Shown here: positions 62,292 through 64,000 of the stretch, piece after piece
Position numbering within the stretch: position 1 is the first letter of the stretch
Layout of the letters: each line of letters begins with the position of its first letter
From: a virus
Lineage: Duplodnaviria > Caudoviricetes
Strand: one strand, 5' to 3'
Length of the DNA: 64,000 nt
IMG/VR virus record: IMGVR_UViG_3300033069_001247
Location: 1-64,000 of that record
Translations under genes and position numbers: made by a program
The notes under the pieces: generated by a model
What the model saw: only the letters and a program-made list of their open reading frames with translations
What the model was told of the DNA's origin: nothing
Database searches by the model: none

Positions 62292-63929
62292 ATGGGTTTG
62301 AAGATCGTATCAATCGACGAACTTGATCCGACCCTGGTTGCACAGGTGCAGGACGAGCTGTCACAGATGCTGCAGGAACGTTACCCAGAAGTCGAACTGA
62401 CACGGGGCGTCATTCATGACATCGTGTTGTTCTTGCATGGGGTCTGCGGTGCTATCAACCAGACAGAGATCAACCGGGTGTTGAACTCGCGATCGCTACT
62501 GGCTATCCGTCAGAATCCACAGCTGGCCGATCCGGAGCTGGTCGACCACGTACTGTCCAACTTCAAGATCAGTCGCAAAACCGGGCTGCGTGCCCGTGGG
62601 AATATCACCATTGTCGTGACTGGCAGTGCCACCATGGTGATTGCAGCCGACGCGCAGTATTCAGCAAACGGTTTGAACTTTCGGACGAATGCAGCCATCA
62701 GTGCTCGTCCGCCAGGCACAATCACCACAGACATCAATGACCGTGTGCTCGAACCTCGCGGTGATGGCACGTTTGAGTTCTCAGTACCTGCCACTGCCGA
62801 AGATGTCGGCGAATCGTACAACGTTCGTACGAACACGAAGTTTACACCGACGGTCCCGCCACAACGATTTGTTACGGCCTTCAGCGCAGACGATTTCACA
62901 GGCGGAACGCTGACTGAAACCAACGCTCAACTTGTCAGTCGTATGGAGGCAGGTATTGCTGCCCCTGTGGTTGCCGGTCGCGGGAACATCACGGCATTGA
63001 TCAAGAGTCAGCCGGTATTCGCCGATATCAAGAATGTATCGGTGATCGGTTACGGTGATCCAGAGATGACCCGTGACCAGCACAGCATCATCCCGATCTC
63101 CAGCGGTGGTCGAATCGACATCTACTGCCAGACAGACGCCCTCCCGCAAACCGTTGCCTTGCGGCGACAGGCCCGACTGATCGAGAAACGTACCAACGAC
63201 TCCATCTGGCAGTTGACCATCCACAGGGACGACGCCCCAGGGTTCTACGAAGTGGCGGCAATCCGCACATTAACTGAAGCAACTGACAGCGCTGGCTGCC
63301 AAGTCATTAGCGACCAACGCGGATGGGATCTCGGAGACGACACCTGGACGCCAGACATCGTTACTGTCCAGGAAGCCTTCTATTCCCGGTACCAGACTGC
63401 CGTTGTCAGGTTCATCGACACATTGTCTGATGTCAGCGACATGAACATCGGTGACTCACAGGAATACAGCGTCAACCTGCTGACGCAACGATTGATCGGA
63501 GAGCTGCAGGATTTCCTGTCGTCCAGGGAGCACCGAAGTCTGACATCTGACATTCTGGTAAAGAGTGCTGTGCCGTGTTTCCTTAGCATCAATTTCGACA
63601 TCATGAAGTCGGCCAGCGAGTCAGCACCAGATCTGGACGCCATTCGGGTAGCGATCGCCAGCTTTGTGAACAACCTGAACTTCCCTGGTGAGCTGTACAG
63701 TTCACAGGTGATGGACGTGATTCACAACCATCTCGTTGGCAGTCAAGCCGTGGGTAAGCTCGACATGCACGGGAATATCCGCCAACCGAATGGCGTGACC
63801 CGTATCATCCGTGATCCGCACATGCTGCAGATCCCAGCTTCCCCTAGTACACTGGTGACGGCGTACACGACGGTCTTCATTCTGCAGCCCAGCGACATTG
63901 GCATCAGTGTGGTCAATAGGAGTATCTGA
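62292..63929 (+). CDS. Baseplate J-like (wedge) protein
   Basis: RARGNITIVV, VPATAEDVGESYNV, FTGGTLTETNAQLVSR, SVIGYGDPEMTRD...GGRIDIY. Confidence 0.85.
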   Translation: MGLKIVSIDELDPTLVAQVQDELSQMLQERYPEVELTRGVIHDIVLFLHGVCGAINQTEINRVLNSRSLLAIRQNPQLADPELVDHVLSNFKISRKTGLRARGNITIVVTGSATMVIAADAQYSANGLNFRTNAAISARPPGTITTDINDRVLEPRGDGTFEFSVPATAEDVGESYNVRTNTKFTPTVPPQRFVTAFSADDFTGGTLTETNAQLVSRMEAGIAAPVVAGRGNITALIKSQPVFADIKNVSVIGYGDPEMTRDQHSIIPISSGGRIDIYCQTDALPQTVALRRQARLIEKRTNDSIWQLTIHRDDAPGFYEVAAIRTLTEATDSAGCQVISDQRGWDLGDDTWTPDIVTVQEAFYSRYQTAVVRFIDTLSDVSDMNIGDSQEYSVNLLTQRLIGELQDFLSSREHRSLTSDILVKSAVPCFLSINFDIMKSASESAPDLDAIRVAIASFVNNLNFPGELYSSQVMDVIHNHLVGSQAVGKLDMHGNIRQPNGVTRIIRDPHMLQIPASPSTLVTAYTTVFILQPSDIGISVVNRSI

Positions 63930-64000
63930 TGGCGAACTTCGAATACCCCGCCACAGATTACGATACGCCAGCGAACCTGCTGGCAGTATTAGGAAGCTGG
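63929..64000 (+). CDS. Start of next baseplate protein (3'-truncated by window edge)
   Basis: TGATG-coupled ATG after AGGAG; reads MANFEYPATDYDTPANLLAVLGSW. Confidence 0.5.
   Translation, partial: MANFEYPATDYDTPANLLAVLGSW

Larger units (their letters stand above)
1..64000 (+). mobile_element. Large myovirus-like (jumbo-type) bacteriophage genome segment
   Basis: Co-oriented dense genes including prohead protease, major capsid, tail sheath, tube, tape measure and baseplate, plus own RNAP and sigma; no cellular housekeeping context (no ribosomal protein genes around rpoB/C). Confidence 0.93.

Noticed and set aside
45856-63929. Extracellular contractile injection system or T6SS
   Set aside because: Co-occurs with a capsid, prohead protease, head-tail adaptor and long tape measure, so it is a phage tail.

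Overview
This 64 kb window is part of a large tailed (contractile-tail, myovirus-like, probably jumbo) phage genome. Essentially every credible gene lies on the + strand. The order is: a glycosylation/accessory block (thioredoxin-like, DUF6165-like, glycosyltransferases, cold-shock protein); Gly-zipper proteins and a 2H-phosphoesterase/SET-domain fusion; a cassette of membrane proteins plus three proteases of different catalytic classes (matrixin metallo-, papain-like Cys-, trypsin-like Ser-); a phage-encoded bacterial-type multisubunit RNA polymerase; head morphogenesis genes (assemblin/HK97-type protease, scaffold-like proteins, decoration protein, major capsid protein); then neck, tail sheath, tube, spike, chaperones, tape measure and baseplate genes, with a sigma-70 factor embedded among the baseplate genes. 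The polymerase is arranged as a beta + beta'-N fusion and a separate beta'-C gene. It carries three LAGLIDADG inteins, a GADFDGD active-site motif and no recognisable zinc sites, and a free-standing HNH gene lies between the two parts. Signals not explained by gene labels: (1) a strongly enriched K-x-A-(A/S) motif in head-region proteins, probably the maturation-protease cleavage code, which also brackets the 2H and SET domains; (2) a recurring CA-N-GGA-GG (CsrA/Rsm-like) element overlapping the ribosome-binding site of about 13 genes; (3) a G GAT TTT -1 frameshift site upstream of the tape measure gene. All product calls come from motif recognition by eye; no database searches or computations were run. 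The host is unknown, and a Planctomycetota-like host is only a weak inference.
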